Origin: Marinobacter sp.
GTDB lineage: Bacteria; Pseudomonadota; Gammaproteobacteria; Pseudomonadales; Oleiphilaceae
DNA length: 64,000 nucleotides
NCBI GenBank assembly: GCA_041594735.1
Contig: JBFHLR010000001.1
Location: forward strand, 4,291-68,290
Direction of reading: 5' to 3'
Positions 30,249 to 39,789 of the stretch are shown piece after piece; the first letter of the stretch is position 1; each line of letters opens with the position of its first letter. Below the pieces are notes generated by a model. That model made no database searches, was not told the origin of the DNA, and saw nothing but the letters and a program-made list of their open reading frames with translations. Both the position numbers and the translations under genes were made by a program.

Positions 30249-32115
30249 CGTTCGCTTGGTCAGCGATGTCCAGGCCGGATGCCCTGGTCAGGTGATCCAG
30301 GAATTCAGAGCGGGTCATTTCGCCCAACACTCTTAACGTCGCAGCTTCGTTTCCGTCCCGCTGAAAAAACAGGATGGCCGGGGGGCCGAACAGCCCCAAT
30401 TCGTTCAACAGCGCCTGTTGCGCCGGCGTATTGTCGGTGAGGTCCAGCTGAAGCAGCGTATAGGGCTCCAGCGCCTGTCGCACGTCCGGGGCGTTGAAGA
30501 CCTCCCGCTCCATGACCTTGCAGGAAATGCACCAGTCAGCGTAGAAATCCAGCATTACCGGCCGGCCTTGTGTGCTGGCGCGACGTAGCTCGGCGCGCAG
30601 CTGCTCCGGGGAAGACAGCCGGAGAAACACCGTGTGGTCCTGTGATTCCCCGGATGACGTTGCTGTTTGTGCGGTGAATGGCGCCAGTGGCTTGAGCGGG
30701 TCGTTGGCGCCGGTCATGGCTCCGGCCAGCAAGGCCAGGCCATAGACAAAAAGGATCAGCCCCAGCCCTTTCCAGGTTCGTTCCCAGCCAGCTCTGGCGG
30801 AGTCGAAAGCACCGAGCTGAACGCCGGTCACGGTTGCCAGAACACCCCATAGGATCAGCGCCGCCCAGTCAGCGACGAGGCGTTCAATCAGCCAGATTGC
30901 GACGCCCAGCAGCATGATGCCGTAAATGGACTTGACTACATTCATCCACTGGCCGGATGCCGGCAGGAAACGACGGCCACCGACCGCCACCAGAATGAGC
31001 GGCAGGCCCATGCCAAGCCCCAGCGCAAACAATGCCACGCCGCCAACCACCGCATCCTGGGTGGTGCTGATGTAGAGGAGGCTTCCGGCCAGGGGCGCTG
31101 AAACGCAGGGCGAGACAATCAACGACGAAATGGCGCCAATGGCAAACAGGCTGGCCACCCGTCCGCCGGTAAGTTTGTGGCTTGCCTGGTTCAGCCGGTC
31201 GCGAATGAAGCGCGGTAACTGAAGGTCGTAGAGGTTGAACATGGACAGGGCAAAGGCCACAAACAGGGCCGCGAAAGCGCTCAGCACCCAGGGGGACTGC
31301 AGCTGCGCCTGGAGGTTGAAGCTGGCCCCCAGCAGACCTGTGATTACCCCTGCCAGGGCGTAAGTGAGTGCCATGCCCAGGACGTAGCTGACGGACAGGA
31401 GCAGGGCGTGAGCGGTGGTCTGGGTATTGCGGCTGGATACCAGCGCCGAGATGATGGGCACCATCGGCAGCACGCAAGGGGTAAAGGTCAGGCCGAGTCC
31501 CAGTGCGAGAAACACCCCGGCAATGGCCAGTATGGATCGATCCGCCAGAAATCCGGCCAGGCCAGCCGCGGTTTCCGTATCCTGGGGCGGTGCGGAGGCT
31601 GCACCCGTTCCAACGGCAGTCGAAGGTTCGCTGCTCGGCAGAAAGAACAGCGCCTCTCGAGTTTGTGGCGGGTAACACAGGCCCGCCTCGGCACAGCCTT
31701 GATAGGTGACCTGGAAGCTGGCCTCAGTCAGGTGGTCGGGCAGCTGAACCGGCAGAGTGACAGTCACTGGCTCGTAAAAGACCGTCACTTCACCGAAATA
31801 GTCATCTTCGGTCACCGTGCCTTGGCGGCTAAAGGATGGAGCGCCCACCTTGACCTGATCGTCGTCAGGCAGGATTGTGATCCGATCCTTGTACAGGTAG
31901 TGTCCCGGTGCCACATTCCAGCTCAGTGTCAGGTTGTTGCCTTCGGTGGTGAAGTTGAATGGCAACGCCTCATCAACCGGGAGGAACTCGGCCTGGACTG
32001 CTCCAAACAGACTGCCCGGTAGGGCGGCCTGGATGGCCATGGGGGTGGTTAAGGCGAGTGCCATGCAGAGCAGGGTGAGCCAGTGAGTGGTGAAAGTCCG
32101 GATTGCTGAGGCCAT
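30229..32115 (-). CDS. dsbD: thiol:disulfide interchange protein DsbD
   Basis: [38 protein letters not shown]; start chosen before the signal peptide. Confidence 0.95.
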   Translation of the reverse strand: MASAIRTFTTHWLTLLCMALALTTPMAIQAALPGSLFGAVQAEFLPVDEALPFNFTTEGNNLTLSWNVAPGHYLYKDRITILPDDDQVKVGAPSFSRQGTVTEDDYFGEVTVFYEPVTVTLPVQLPDHLTEASFQVTYQGCAEAGLCYPPQTREALFFLPSSEPSTAVGTGAASAPPQDTETAAGLAGFLADRSILAIAGVFLALGLGLTFTPCVLPMVPIISALVSSRNTQTTAHALLLSVSYVLGMALTYALAGVITGLLGASFNLQAQLQSPWVLSAFAALFVAFALSMFNLYDLQLPRFIRDRLNQASHKLTGGRVASLFAIGAISSLIVSPCVSAPLAGSLLYISTTQDAVVGGVALFALGLGMGLPLILVAVGGRRFLPASGQWMNVVKSIYGIMLLGVAIWLIERLVADWAALILWGVLATVTGVQLGAFDSARAGWERTWKGLGLILFVYGLALLAGAMTGANDPLKPLAPFTAQTATSSGESQDHTVFLRLSSPEQLRAELRRASTQGRPVMLDFYADWCISCKVMEREVFNAPDVRQALEPYTLLQLDLTDNTPAQQALLNELGLFGPPAILFFQRDGNEAATLRVLGEMTRSEFLDHLTRASGLDIADQANVSRPAG

Positions 32116-32254
32116 AGAATCTGTGGTCTTTTGGTAAGCTCGAAACGGGTGGGTGAGTGTTGTCTGACGATTGTCTGGGCATCCGGTGGACACGAGGCTT
32201 TGGTGAAAGTTCCCTCTGGTATTGCGGCCATTAAAGCCGCACAATAGCCGATCC

Positions 32255-32839
32255 ATGAAGCACCATCCAACTGATCTTATCATGCTGTTCAACGACTTGT
32301 TCCGGGAACACTACCGGACAGTTCTTGTCCGCGGCGGCGATGAACCCGAGTATGTACCGGAAGCTGGTGAACACCAGCCGGCACAGGTTATCTTTGCCCA
32401 TGGCTATTATGCCAGTGCGCTGCATGAAATCAGTCACTGGTGCATTGCCGGTGAGCACCGGCGGACGCTGCTTGATTATGGTTATTGGTATTGCCCTGAT
32501 GGCCGCGACAAGGAACAGCAAACCGCGTTCGAGCAGGTCGAAGTGAAGCCTCAGGCGCTGGAGTGGTTGTTTTCTGTTGCGGCAGGTTTCCGATTCCACA
32601 TCAGTGTTGATAACCTGTCCGGTATTGGCGCCGTTGACGAAGCGGGCTTTCGGCGCAACGTAAGAGCCCAGGCGAACAGGTACCTGAAAGAGGGGCTGCC
32701 GGCGCGGGCTGATCAGTTTTTACGGACACTCAAAACATTTTATGGCACGGCAGACCGGTTTGCAGCAGCGTGGCAGGCTGACGACCCAGACGCGGCACCC
32801 CGTGAACCAATGACTGCAAGGTATTCTGACTGCTTATGA
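32255..32839 (+). CDS. epmC: elongation factor P hydroxylase
   Basis: FAHGYYASALHEISHWC, DYGYWYCPDGR, FEQVEVKPQALEW. Confidence 0.93.
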   Translation: MKHHPTDLIMLFNDLFREHYRTVLVRGGDEPEYVPEAGEHQPAQVIFAHGYYASALHEISHWCIAGEHRRTLLDYGYWYCPDGRDKEQQTAFEQVEVKPQALEWLFSVAAGFRFHISVDNLSGIGAVDEAGFRRNVRAQANRYLKEGLPARADQFLRTLKTFYGTADRFAAAWQADDPDAAPREPMTARYSDCL

Positions 32840-34176
32840 CAACATCGACCCCCCAGGCTACGGCGCCTGCAACGGCTGAGGCAGAACTCGAGACTTCAGC
32901 ACCCTCCACCAGTTCCGATGTACGTTTCAAGGATCTGAATCTGGATTCTCGCCTGCTTAACGCCATCACCGACATTGGCTTTACCCACTGCACCCCAATA
33001 CAGGCAGAAACCCTGCCGTTTACGTTGGCCTGCGAAGACCTGATCGGGCAGGCCCAGACGGGTACCGGTAAAACCGCCGCCTTTCTGATTACCGCCATCC
33101 AGAGCCTGCTGGAAATACCCGTGCCGGCCAAAGACCGCTTTGCCTCCGAGCCCAGGGTGTTGGCGCTGGCGCCGACCCGGGAACTCGCGCTGCAGATTGC
33201 CAAGGACGCGGAGCAGCTCTGTGGCTACACCGGGCACAATGTGGTGACCGTGGTGGGCGGAATGAATTACGACAAGCAGCGGGACCAGTTGCAGAACGAG
33301 ATTGTCGATATCCTGGTGGCGACGCCGGGACGATTGATCGACTTCCTCGGCTCCCAGGATGTGTTCCTCGATCAAGTCGACCTGCTGATCCTCGACGAGG
33401 CGGATCGGATGCTGGACATGGGCTTTATCCCAGACGTCAAACGCATCATTCGCAAGTGCCCACCCAAGGAAGACCGGCAAACGTTGCTGTTCAGTGCCAC
33501 CTTCAATCAGGATGTGCTCAACCTGGCCTCCATGTGGACCGGCAATGCCGAATTTGTTGAAATCGAACCAGAGCAGAAGACCGCGGAACGGGTAGAACAG
33601 ACGGTCTATCTGGTCAGCGAGGACGACAAGCTGACGGTGCTGGCGAACTACCTCAAGCGGGCCGGCGTGGACAAGGCCATTGTCTTTGCCAACCGCCGCG
33701 ATCAATGTCGGGACCTGGAGCAGAATCTGCTGAATCAGGGCGTGAAGGTGGCCATGATGTCGGGGGAGATTGCCCAGAATAAACGCCTGAAGACCCTGGA
33801 CCAGTTCAAGCGCGGCGCCATCCAGGTGCTGGTGGCCACCGACGTGGCAGGTCGCGGGATCCACGTTGACGGTGTCACCCACGTATTCAACTACAACCTG
33901 CCGGAAAACGCCGAGGATTACGTCCACCGGATTGGTCGGACCGGCCGTGCCGGTCAGCACGGAATCTCCGTCAGCCTGGCAGGAGAGGATGATTCCTTCT
34001 CATTGCCGGTCATCGAAAAGTACATCAGCCAGAAGCTGAGTGCGATCGTTCCGGAAGAAGACCTGATGTCGCCCCTCGCCAAGCCTCCGATTCCCCGTCG
34101 CCGTGGTGGTGGCGGCCGAAGGCCGTCTGGAGGCAGGCCAACTGGAGGGCGCAGACCTCGTCACGGTCGGGGCTAA
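32836..34176 (+). CDS. rhlB: ATP-dependent DEAD-box RNA helicase RhlB
   Basis: AQTGTGKT, PTRELA, DEADRMLDMGF, SAT, HRIGRTGRAG; GFTHCTPIQ Q-motif; RG-rich tail. Confidence 0.88.
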   Translation: MTTSTPQATAPATAEAELETSAPSTSSDVRFKDLNLDSRLLNAITDIGFTHCTPIQAETLPFTLACEDLIGQAQTGTGKTAAFLITAIQSLLEIPVPAKDRFASEPRVLALAPTRELALQIAKDAEQLCGYTGHNVVTVVGGMNYDKQRDQLQNEIVDILVATPGRLIDFLGSQDVFLDQVDLLILDEADRMLDMGFIPDVKRIIRKCPPKEDRQTLLFSATFNQDVLNLASMWTGNAEFVEIEPEQKTAERVEQTVYLVSEDDKLTVLANYLKRAGVDKAIVFANRRDQCRDLEQNLLNQGVKVAMMSGEIAQNKRLKTLDQFKRGAIQVLVATDVAGRGIHVDGVTHVFNYNLPENAEDYVHRIGRTGRAGQHGISVSLAGEDDSFSLPVIEKYISQKLSAIVPEEDLMSPLAKPPIPRRRGGGGRRPSGGRPTGGRRPRHGRG

Positions 34177-34193
34177 GGAGGCCGGAAAACCGC

Positions 34194-35339
34194 ATGTTGA
34201 TAGTAGCCGACGAAAACATACCGCTGCTGGACTCCTTCTTCGGGGATATCGGGCGTATACAACGGGTTTCCGGCCGATCCTTGACCGCCGAGGATGTTCG
34301 CGAAGCCGATATTCTTCTGGTTCGCTCGGTCACCCCGGTGAATCAGGCTCTGCTGGAGGGTAGCCGGGTCAAGTTTGTTGGCACCGCGACGATTGGCACC
34401 GATCATGTCGACGAGGACTGGCTGTCGTCCCACGGCATTTCCTTTTGCGCTGCGCCGGGCTGTAACGCCAACAGCGTGGCCGAATACGTGCTCAGTGTGC
34501 TGTCGTTGCATGCAGAGCGCCACGGTCTCGACAACTGGAACGAGTTGTCGGTTGGCATCGTCGGCGTCGGTAATGTCGGTGGCGAGCTGGCGCGTAAGCT
34601 CGATCGCCTCGGTTTCACCGTCAAGCTGTGCGATCCGCCGCGGGCGGCCGTAGAGGATGGGGCGTTTGTCGAGCTTGAAGAAGCCCTCGCCTGCGATGTG
34701 GTCACGCTGCACACCCCGCTGACAACCTCTGGCGAACACGCCACCCACCACCTGCTGGGCGACGACAGGCTATCGAGCCTGAAGGGGAATCAGCTCCTGA
34801 TTAACACCAGTCGTGGTGGCGTTATCGATGAATCGGCCTTGCTGAACCTTTTGGCCGGCCCTGATGCCCCGACGGTGGTATTGGACGTCTGGCAGGGCGA
34901 GCCTGCCATTAACCCGGATCTGGTAAATCGCGTGTGGCTGGCAACGCCCCATATTGCCGGGTACAGCCTGGAGGGCAAGGTTCAGGGCACTGAGATGATC
35001 TACCAGTCGGTGTGTCGGTATCTTGGATTGCCGGCGCGTAAGAAGGCCGGACAGTTTCTTCCTGAGCCGGCCTTGAGCAAGCTGGCTTTCACCAGTTCGG
35101 CGGATGAGGTAGAGGCGGCAGTCGCCGCCATGCGCTGTTGCTATGACCCGCGCCGGGATGATGCGGCGCTGAGGCGGAGCCTGGGGCAGGACGAGCCGCA
35201 ACGAAGAGAAACCTTCGATCGACTCCGTCGGGATTACCCCGTTCGCCGTGAATTTTCCAGCGTGAAAATTCAGCTCAAAGGGACCAGTCGGTCCTCCCAG
35301 GATACCTTTCGCGCACTTGGCTTCAAGCTGAAAATATAA
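34194..35339 (+). CDS. pdxB: erythronate-4-phosphate dehydrogenase
   Basis: MLIVADENIP, LVRSVT, TATIGTDH, TPHIAGYS.EGK, FD.LRRDYP.RRE. Confidence 0.96.
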   Translation: MLIVADENIPLLDSFFGDIGRIQRVSGRSLTAEDVREADILLVRSVTPVNQALLEGSRVKFVGTATIGTDHVDEDWLSSHGISFCAAPGCNANSVAEYVLSVLSLHAERHGLDNWNELSVGIVGVGNVGGELARKLDRLGFTVKLCDPPRAAVEDGAFVELEEALACDVVTLHTPLTTSGEHATHHLLGDDRLSSLKGNQLLINTSRGGVIDESALLNLLAGPDAPTVVLDVWQGEPAINPDLVNRVWLATPHIAGYSLEGKVQGTEMIYQSVCRYLGLPARKKAGQFLPEPALSKLAFTSSADEVEAAVAAMRCCYDPRRDDAALRRSLGQDEPQRRETFDRLRRDYPVRREFSSVKIQLKGTSRSSQDTFRALGFKLKI

Positions 35340-35364
35340 ACTTTGTTTGGGCCCGGAACCGGCG

Positions 35365-35526
35365 TCAGGCGGTTGCCCGTGGCTCCGAGGCTTTCTGCTC
35401 GCCGTTCAATATGGCTTCCAGTGACAGGCGGACCATGGTTTCCGTAATGGGAATCTCGCGTCCGTCCGACAGCACAATGGCTGCGCCGTTCATCCAGGGT
35501 TCTGGCGATTGCTTCTGTTGTAACAC
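35365..35526 (-). CDS. small protein, PA1571-like (53 aa, not in the ORF track)
   Basis: GTG after AGAGGGA; translates to MLQQKQSPEPWMNGAAIVLSDGREIPITETMVRLSLEAILNGEQKASEPRATA, carrying the GAAI...GREIPITE.M motif. Confidence 0.75.
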   Translation of the reverse strand: MLQQKQSPEPWMNGAAIVLSDGREIPITETMVRLSLEAILNGEQKASEPRATA

Positions 35527-35633
35527 GGCATTTCCCTCTCTCACGTATATGACACGCCGGGATTCTGAGTTTCCAGTCCTTTGGCTCGGTTCAACACTAC
35601 CTTCCGATTATGTCTGAAATATGACGCCTGCTG

Positions 35634-35667
35634 TGTGAAGGAGGCGACATTGTGAAGGAAGCGACGT
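35634..35667. repeat. tandem 17 bp direct repeat, two copies
   Basis: TGTGAAGGAGGCGACAT / TGTGAAGGAAGCGACGT, 15 of 17 identical. Confidence 0.7.
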
Positions 35668-35787
35668 TCTGGCTTGGAGTATGCCGGAGCAGAAATTGAT
35701 CATCTATTGTACAAAAGGAGGGCGGGCCAGCGTAGCTACGGTCGCACCGACGGCCGCAATGGGCCCGCCGGTGCGAGAAGTGAGCGG

Positions 35788-36669
35788 CTAAAGGGCAGCG
35801 TTTTTGAGCGCCTCGATCCGGCTGTCGAGCGGGGGGTGGGTCATGAACAGTGCGCTCAGACCACCACGGGCACCCCGATTGATGCCGAACGCCTGGAGGG
35901 TGTCGGGCATCTGGTCGGGCATTTCGCTTTCCTGCTTTAGTCGTGACAGCGCGTTGATCATGGCGCCACGCCCGGCCAGCTGGGCGCCGGCAATGTCGGC
36001 CCGGTATTCCCGGCGACGGGAAAACCAGAATACGATGGTGCTGGCCAGGATGCCCAATACGATTTCAGCCACAAAGCTGACCACGAAGAAGCCAATGCCG
36101 TGGCCTTCCTCGTTGCGAAAAACCACCCGGTCGACCACCGAGCCAATCACCCGGGAGGCGAAGATGACGAAGGTGTTGACCACCCCCTGAATCAGCGCAA
36201 GGGTCACCATGTCGCCGTTGGCAACATGGCCAATTTCATGGCCAAGCACGGCTCGTATCTCGTCTTTGTTGAAGCGGCCCAGCAGGCCTTCGCTGACGGC
36301 CACCAGCGCCGCATTCCGGTTCCAGCCAGTGGCGAAGGCGTTGGATTGCTGGGCCGGAAAAATGGCGACGTCCGGCATGCCGATGCCTGCGTTTTTGGCT
36401 AACTCGGCTACCGTGTCCATCAGCCAACGTTCGGCTGGGGAGTGGGGGGCGTCGATAATTCGGGCGCGGGTGCTCCATTTGGCCATGGGTTTGGACATGA
36501 GCAGAGAGATAATGGCGCCGGCGAACCCGAAGACCGCAGCGAAGATGAGCAACGGGCCGAACTGGATCCCATTGGCGGCGAGATAGCCATCGACGCCCAG
36601 TAATCTCAGGGAAATGCTGGCCACCAGCACGACCGCAAGGTTGGTGGCAAGAAACAACAAAATTCGCAT
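35788..36669 (-). CDS. htpX: protease HtpX
   Basis: [44 protein letters not shown]. Confidence 0.97.
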   Translation of the reverse strand: MRILLFLATNLAVVLVASISLRLLGVDGYLAANGIQFGPLLIFAAVFGFAGAIISLLMSKPMAKWSTRARIIDAPHSPAERWLMDTVAELAKNAGIGMPDVAIFPAQQSNAFATGWNRNAALVAVSEGLLGRFNKDEIRAVLGHEIGHVANGDMVTLALIQGVVNTFVIFASRVIGSVVDRVVFRNEEGHGIGFFVVSFVAEIVLGILASTIVFWFSRRREYRADIAGAQLAGRGAMINALSRLKQESEMPDQMPDTLQAFGINRGARGGLSALFMTHPPLDSRIEALKNAAL

Positions 36670-36728
36670 GGTTTGTCCCTTCCTGAAACGAATCGGAACG
36701 ACGACGCTGTGGTCGCCGACAATCCATT

Positions 36729-36757
36729 ATATCGGGACGAAGTGAGTAGCGTTCAAG
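36729..36757 (-). promoter_or_regulatory. sigma32 (RpoH) promoter of htpX
   Basis: CTTGAA-N15-CCCGATAT on the minus strand versus consensus CTTGAA-N13-17-CCCCATNT. Confidence 0.7.
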
Positions 36758-36786
36758 CGGCTATCCGCTAAAAAATTCGAGGCTCC

Positions 36787-37260
36787 TCAGGCTTGGTCTT
36801 CGGGGGCTCTGAAGAACGCGGCCTGAATCACCTGGCCAACCTTGGACGAATGGCCGCCACGCAGTGCCTGTCGAATCAGGTAGATGTACGTGGCGTAGTC
36901 CGGCCTTAGGGATGGCGGGACTGTATCCGCCTCGGTCAAGGCGTTGGGCGCTATCTCGGCGATCAATTCTGGACTGGCAGCCGCGCTGAGTCTGACCAGG
37001 GCAGCCTGGGTCAGCACTGCCTGATCGAGCGCCTCCTGCCGGATGGTGTCGACGTAGCGTAGCAGGCCTTCCTCCGCCAGCCACAGTAATGCCCCAAAGC
37101 AGGCCATGTGGCGTCGGCTGTGGAGACCAAACTCGTCCGGCTGGTCCGGCCCGGCGATGTCTTCCACAAACAGGTTGGTTCGCCTTGGGAAGGCATTGTA
37201 CAGCTGAACCAGGGCGACGGCGGTATCTTTGTAGAACTCTTCAATGTGGATGTCGGCCAT
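36787..37260 (-). CDS. conserved hypothetical protein
   Basis: GGAG RBS, host-like codon usage, directly downstream of alaA. Confidence 0.8.
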   Translation of the reverse strand: MADIHIEEFYKDTAVALVQLYNAFPRRTNLFVEDIAGPDQPDEFGLHSRRHMACFGALLWLAEEGLLRYVDTIRQEALDQAVLTQAALVRLSAAASPELIAEIAPNALTEADTVPPSLRPDYATYIYLIRQALRGGHSSKVGQVIQAAFFRAPEDQA

Positions 37261-37271
37261 GCCCGCTCCGT

Positions 37272-38486
37272 TTACTGTTGGTAGCTGGAGAGGAAGTGGG
37301 CCAGTCGTTTCATGGCGTCTGCCAGGGTGTCTTCCCTGGGCAGGAACACCACCCGTAGATGCTGCCGGTCATCGATGTTGAAGGCTGAACCCTGGACTAA
37401 CAGAATGCGTTCCTGAAGCAGCAAATCCAGCACGAGTTTCTCATCATTCACGATGGGAAAGCGTTTCGGATCCAGTTTGGGGAACAGGTATAGGGCCCCT
37501 TTCGGCTTGACGCAGCTGACCCCTGGGATGTCATTGAGCAATGACCAGGCGGTTTCCCGTTGTTCGTACAATCGCCCGCCGGGCGCGACAAGGTCGTTGA
37601 TGGACTGGTAGCCTCCCAGTGCCGTCTGGATCGCCAGCTGGGCGGGAACGTTGGCGCAAAGGCGCATGTTCGAGAGCATTTCAATGCCCTCAATCAGGTC
37701 GGTGGCCCGGTGTTTGGCGCCGCTGATGATCATCCAGCCGGAGCGATAGCCGGCGGCCCGGTAGTTCTTGGAGAGACCGTTGTAGGTCAGGAACAGAACA
37801 TCGTCCGCCAGTGAGGCGGTGGAGATGTGTTCGGTGCCGTCATAGAGGATCTTGTCGTAGATCTCGTCGGACAACACGACCAGGTTGTGTTGGCGGGCCA
37901 GTTCAATGACCTGTTCCAGCAGTTCCTTCGAGTAGACTGCACCGGTTGGGTTGTTGGGGTTGATCAGCACGATGGCGCGGGTACGGCTGGTGATTTTCTT
38001 GCGGATGTCATCGAGATCCGGGTACCAGTCCTGTTCCTCATCGCAGCGGTAGTGCACCGGCTTGCCGCTGGACAGCGTAACCGCGGCGGTCCACAACGGG
38101 TAATCCGGGGCAGGAATCAGCACCTCGTCGCCGGTATTCAGGAGCGCCTGCATGGACATGACGATCAGTTCGCTGACGCCATTTCCGAGGAATATATCGT
38201 CAATGTCGACCTTGTCGATGCCTCGTTGCTGGCAGTAATGCATGACCGCCTTGCGGGCTGAGAACAGGCCTTTGGATTCCACATAGCCCTGGGCCTGGGG
38301 CATGTTGTAAATCACGTCCTGCTGAATCTCTTCGGGCACGTCCAGTTCGAAAGCGGCGGGGTTGCCGATGTTGAGCTTAAGCACCCGGTGGCCTTCTTCC
38401 TCGAGCCGACGGGCTTCACGCAGAACCACGCCGCGAATTTCGTAGCATACGTTATCCAGCTTGGCGGACTTCAGGTAGTTCTGCAT
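37272..38486 (-). CDS. alaA: PLP-dependent aminotransferase class I (AlaA/YfbQ-type)
   Basis: KLNIGNPA, GNGVSELI, INPNNPTG, DEIYDKI, GLSKNYR.AGYR.GW. Confidence 0.9.
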   Translation of the reverse strand: MQNYLKSAKLDNVCYEIRGVVLREARRLEEEGHRVLKLNIGNPAAFELDVPEEIQQDVIYNMPQAQGYVESKGLFSARKAVMHYCQQRGIDKVDIDDIFLGNGVSELIVMSMQALLNTGDEVLIPAPDYPLWTAAVTLSSGKPVHYRCDEEQDWYPDLDDIRKKITSRTRAIVLINPNNPTGAVYSKELLEQVIELARQHNLVVLSDEIYDKILYDGTEHISTASLADDVLFLTYNGLSKNYRAAGYRSGWMIISGAKHRATDLIEGIEMLSNMRLCANVPAQLAIQTALGGYQSINDLVAPGGRLYEQRETAWSLLNDIPGVSCVKPKGALYLFPKLDPKRFPIVNDEKLVLDLLLQERILLVQGSAFNIDDRQHLRVVFLPREDTLADAMKRLAHFLSSYQQ

Positions 38487-38664
38487 AAAGATCGGCTTCC
38501 CGTTGGTGATTCCAAAGGTTCTATTCTATCGGAGCGGACGAGGGCGGCAACAGGGGGGAAGTGATCAATTGTGGCGAAAACGGTACAGAACCCAGATATT
38601 TATCAGGTACAGCTCGAAACGGGGTGTTGCAATGCCTGGGGGCAGCGAGTATCGTGGTGCTTAA

Positions 38665-38680
38665 ATATTGTGCGCAATAT
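38665..38680. promoter_or_regulatory. OhrR/OspR-type operator palindrome
   Basis: ATATTG-TGCG-CAATAT inverted repeat upstream of gpx-ohrR; a degenerate second copy follows (ATTGTGAGCGCTAT). Confidence 0.65.
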
Positions 38681-38824
38681 AATTGTGAGCGCTATAAATT
38701 TTGGTGATATGGTTTTTAACGGTAAGGCTTTGACGACTTAGCTTGATCCAGCGATACCAATGAATTCAAGGCTGTAATTGACCCCAATAAAGCCGTCCGG
38801 CAATCACAACGAGAGGAGTAGGCC

Positions 38825-39310
38825 ATGACCGCGCAGTCGCTTTACGACATTGAAGTGCAGGACATTAAAGGCACCAGCCATGCCATGGAGGAGTATCAGG
38901 GTAAGGTGCTGCTGATTGTGAACACCGCTAGCAAGTGTGGGTTTACGCCTCAGTTTGAAGGGCTACAGGAGCTGTATGCCGATCTCAACGGCAAGGGACT
39001 GGAAGTGCTGGGATTTCCCTGTAACCAGTTCATGAGTCAGGATCCCGCCGACAACGACACCATCAGTCAGTTCTGCAGCTTGAATTACGGCGTGGATTTT
39101 CCGATGTTTGCCAAGATTGAGGTGAACGGGCCTGATGCCCATCCGCTCTACCAATTTCTCAAGTCCCAGGCGAAAGGCCTGCTGGGTTCCGAGAAAATCA
39201 AGTGGAATTTCACCAAGTTTCTGATTAACCGGGACGGACAGGTGGTTAAGCGTTATCCGCCGACGGCCAAACCCGAAGCGATTCGAGGTGACATTGAAAA
39301 ACTGTTGTGA
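38825..39310 (+). CDS. glutathione peroxidase
   Basis: VNTASKCGFTPQ, LGFPCNQF, KWNFTKFL. Confidence 0.95.
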   Translation: MTAQSLYDIEVQDIKGTSHAMEEYQGKVLLIVNTASKCGFTPQFEGLQELYADLNGKGLEVLGFPCNQFMSQDPADNDTISQFCSLNYGVDFPMFAKIEVNGPDAHPLYQFLKSQAKGLLGSEKIKWNFTKFLINRDGQVVKRYPPTAKPEAIRGDIEKLL

Positions 39311-39789
39311 CGACCATGACGACTGATGACGACCAGTTGTTGGCGCTGGATTCTCAGCTGTGCTTCGCCATTTATACGGCAAACCGGGCGGTCACTGCGC
39401 GCTATCGGCCGCTGTTGGCGAAGCTGGGGCTGACCTATCCGCAGTATTTGGTGATGCTGGTGCTGTGGCAGGCAGATCGTGAAGGTGAACGGGTTAGGGT
39501 GTCGGATATCGGCCAGCGTCTGCGGCTCGATACCGGGACTCTGACGCCCCTGCTCAAGCGGCTGGAGGGCGCGGCCCTGGTGGAACGCCGGCGAGACAGT
39601 CGTGATGAGCGAGTGGTCTCCATCGTGCTGACGGCGCGAGGCCGGGAATTGCGAAAGCGTGCCCTCGCAATTCCGGAGCAACTGATGTGCAGCAGTGGCA
39701 TCGATCCGCAGCGTCTTGGGGCGCTCAGGGAAGAGCTCAGGAGCCTGCTGGCTGAGCTGGATCGTGTTGATGGCTCCAGCGCTGAATGA
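39307..39789 (+). CDS. MarR-family peroxide sensor (OhrR/OspR-like)
   Basis: LDSQLCFAIY sensing Cys, LTYPQYLVMLVLW, LDTGTLTPLLKRLE; second Cys near the C-terminus. Confidence 0.93.
   Translation: MTTMTTDDDQLLALDSQLCFAIYTANRAVTARYRPLLAKLGLTYPQYLVMLVLWQADREGERVRVSDIGQRLRLDTGTLTPLLKRLEGAALVERRRDSRDERVVSIVLTARGRELRKRALAIPEQLMCSSGIDPQRLGALREELRSLLAELDRVDGSSAE

Noticed and set aside
34093-34173. Gly/Arg-rich quasi-repeat at the end of rhlB
   Set aside because: This is the ordinary disordered RG-rich tail of DEAD-box helicases, not a DNA repeat element.
38665-39789. gpx plus OhrR-type regulator as a novel redox module
   Set aside because: It matches the known OspR-glutathione peroxidase arrangement of pseudomonads.
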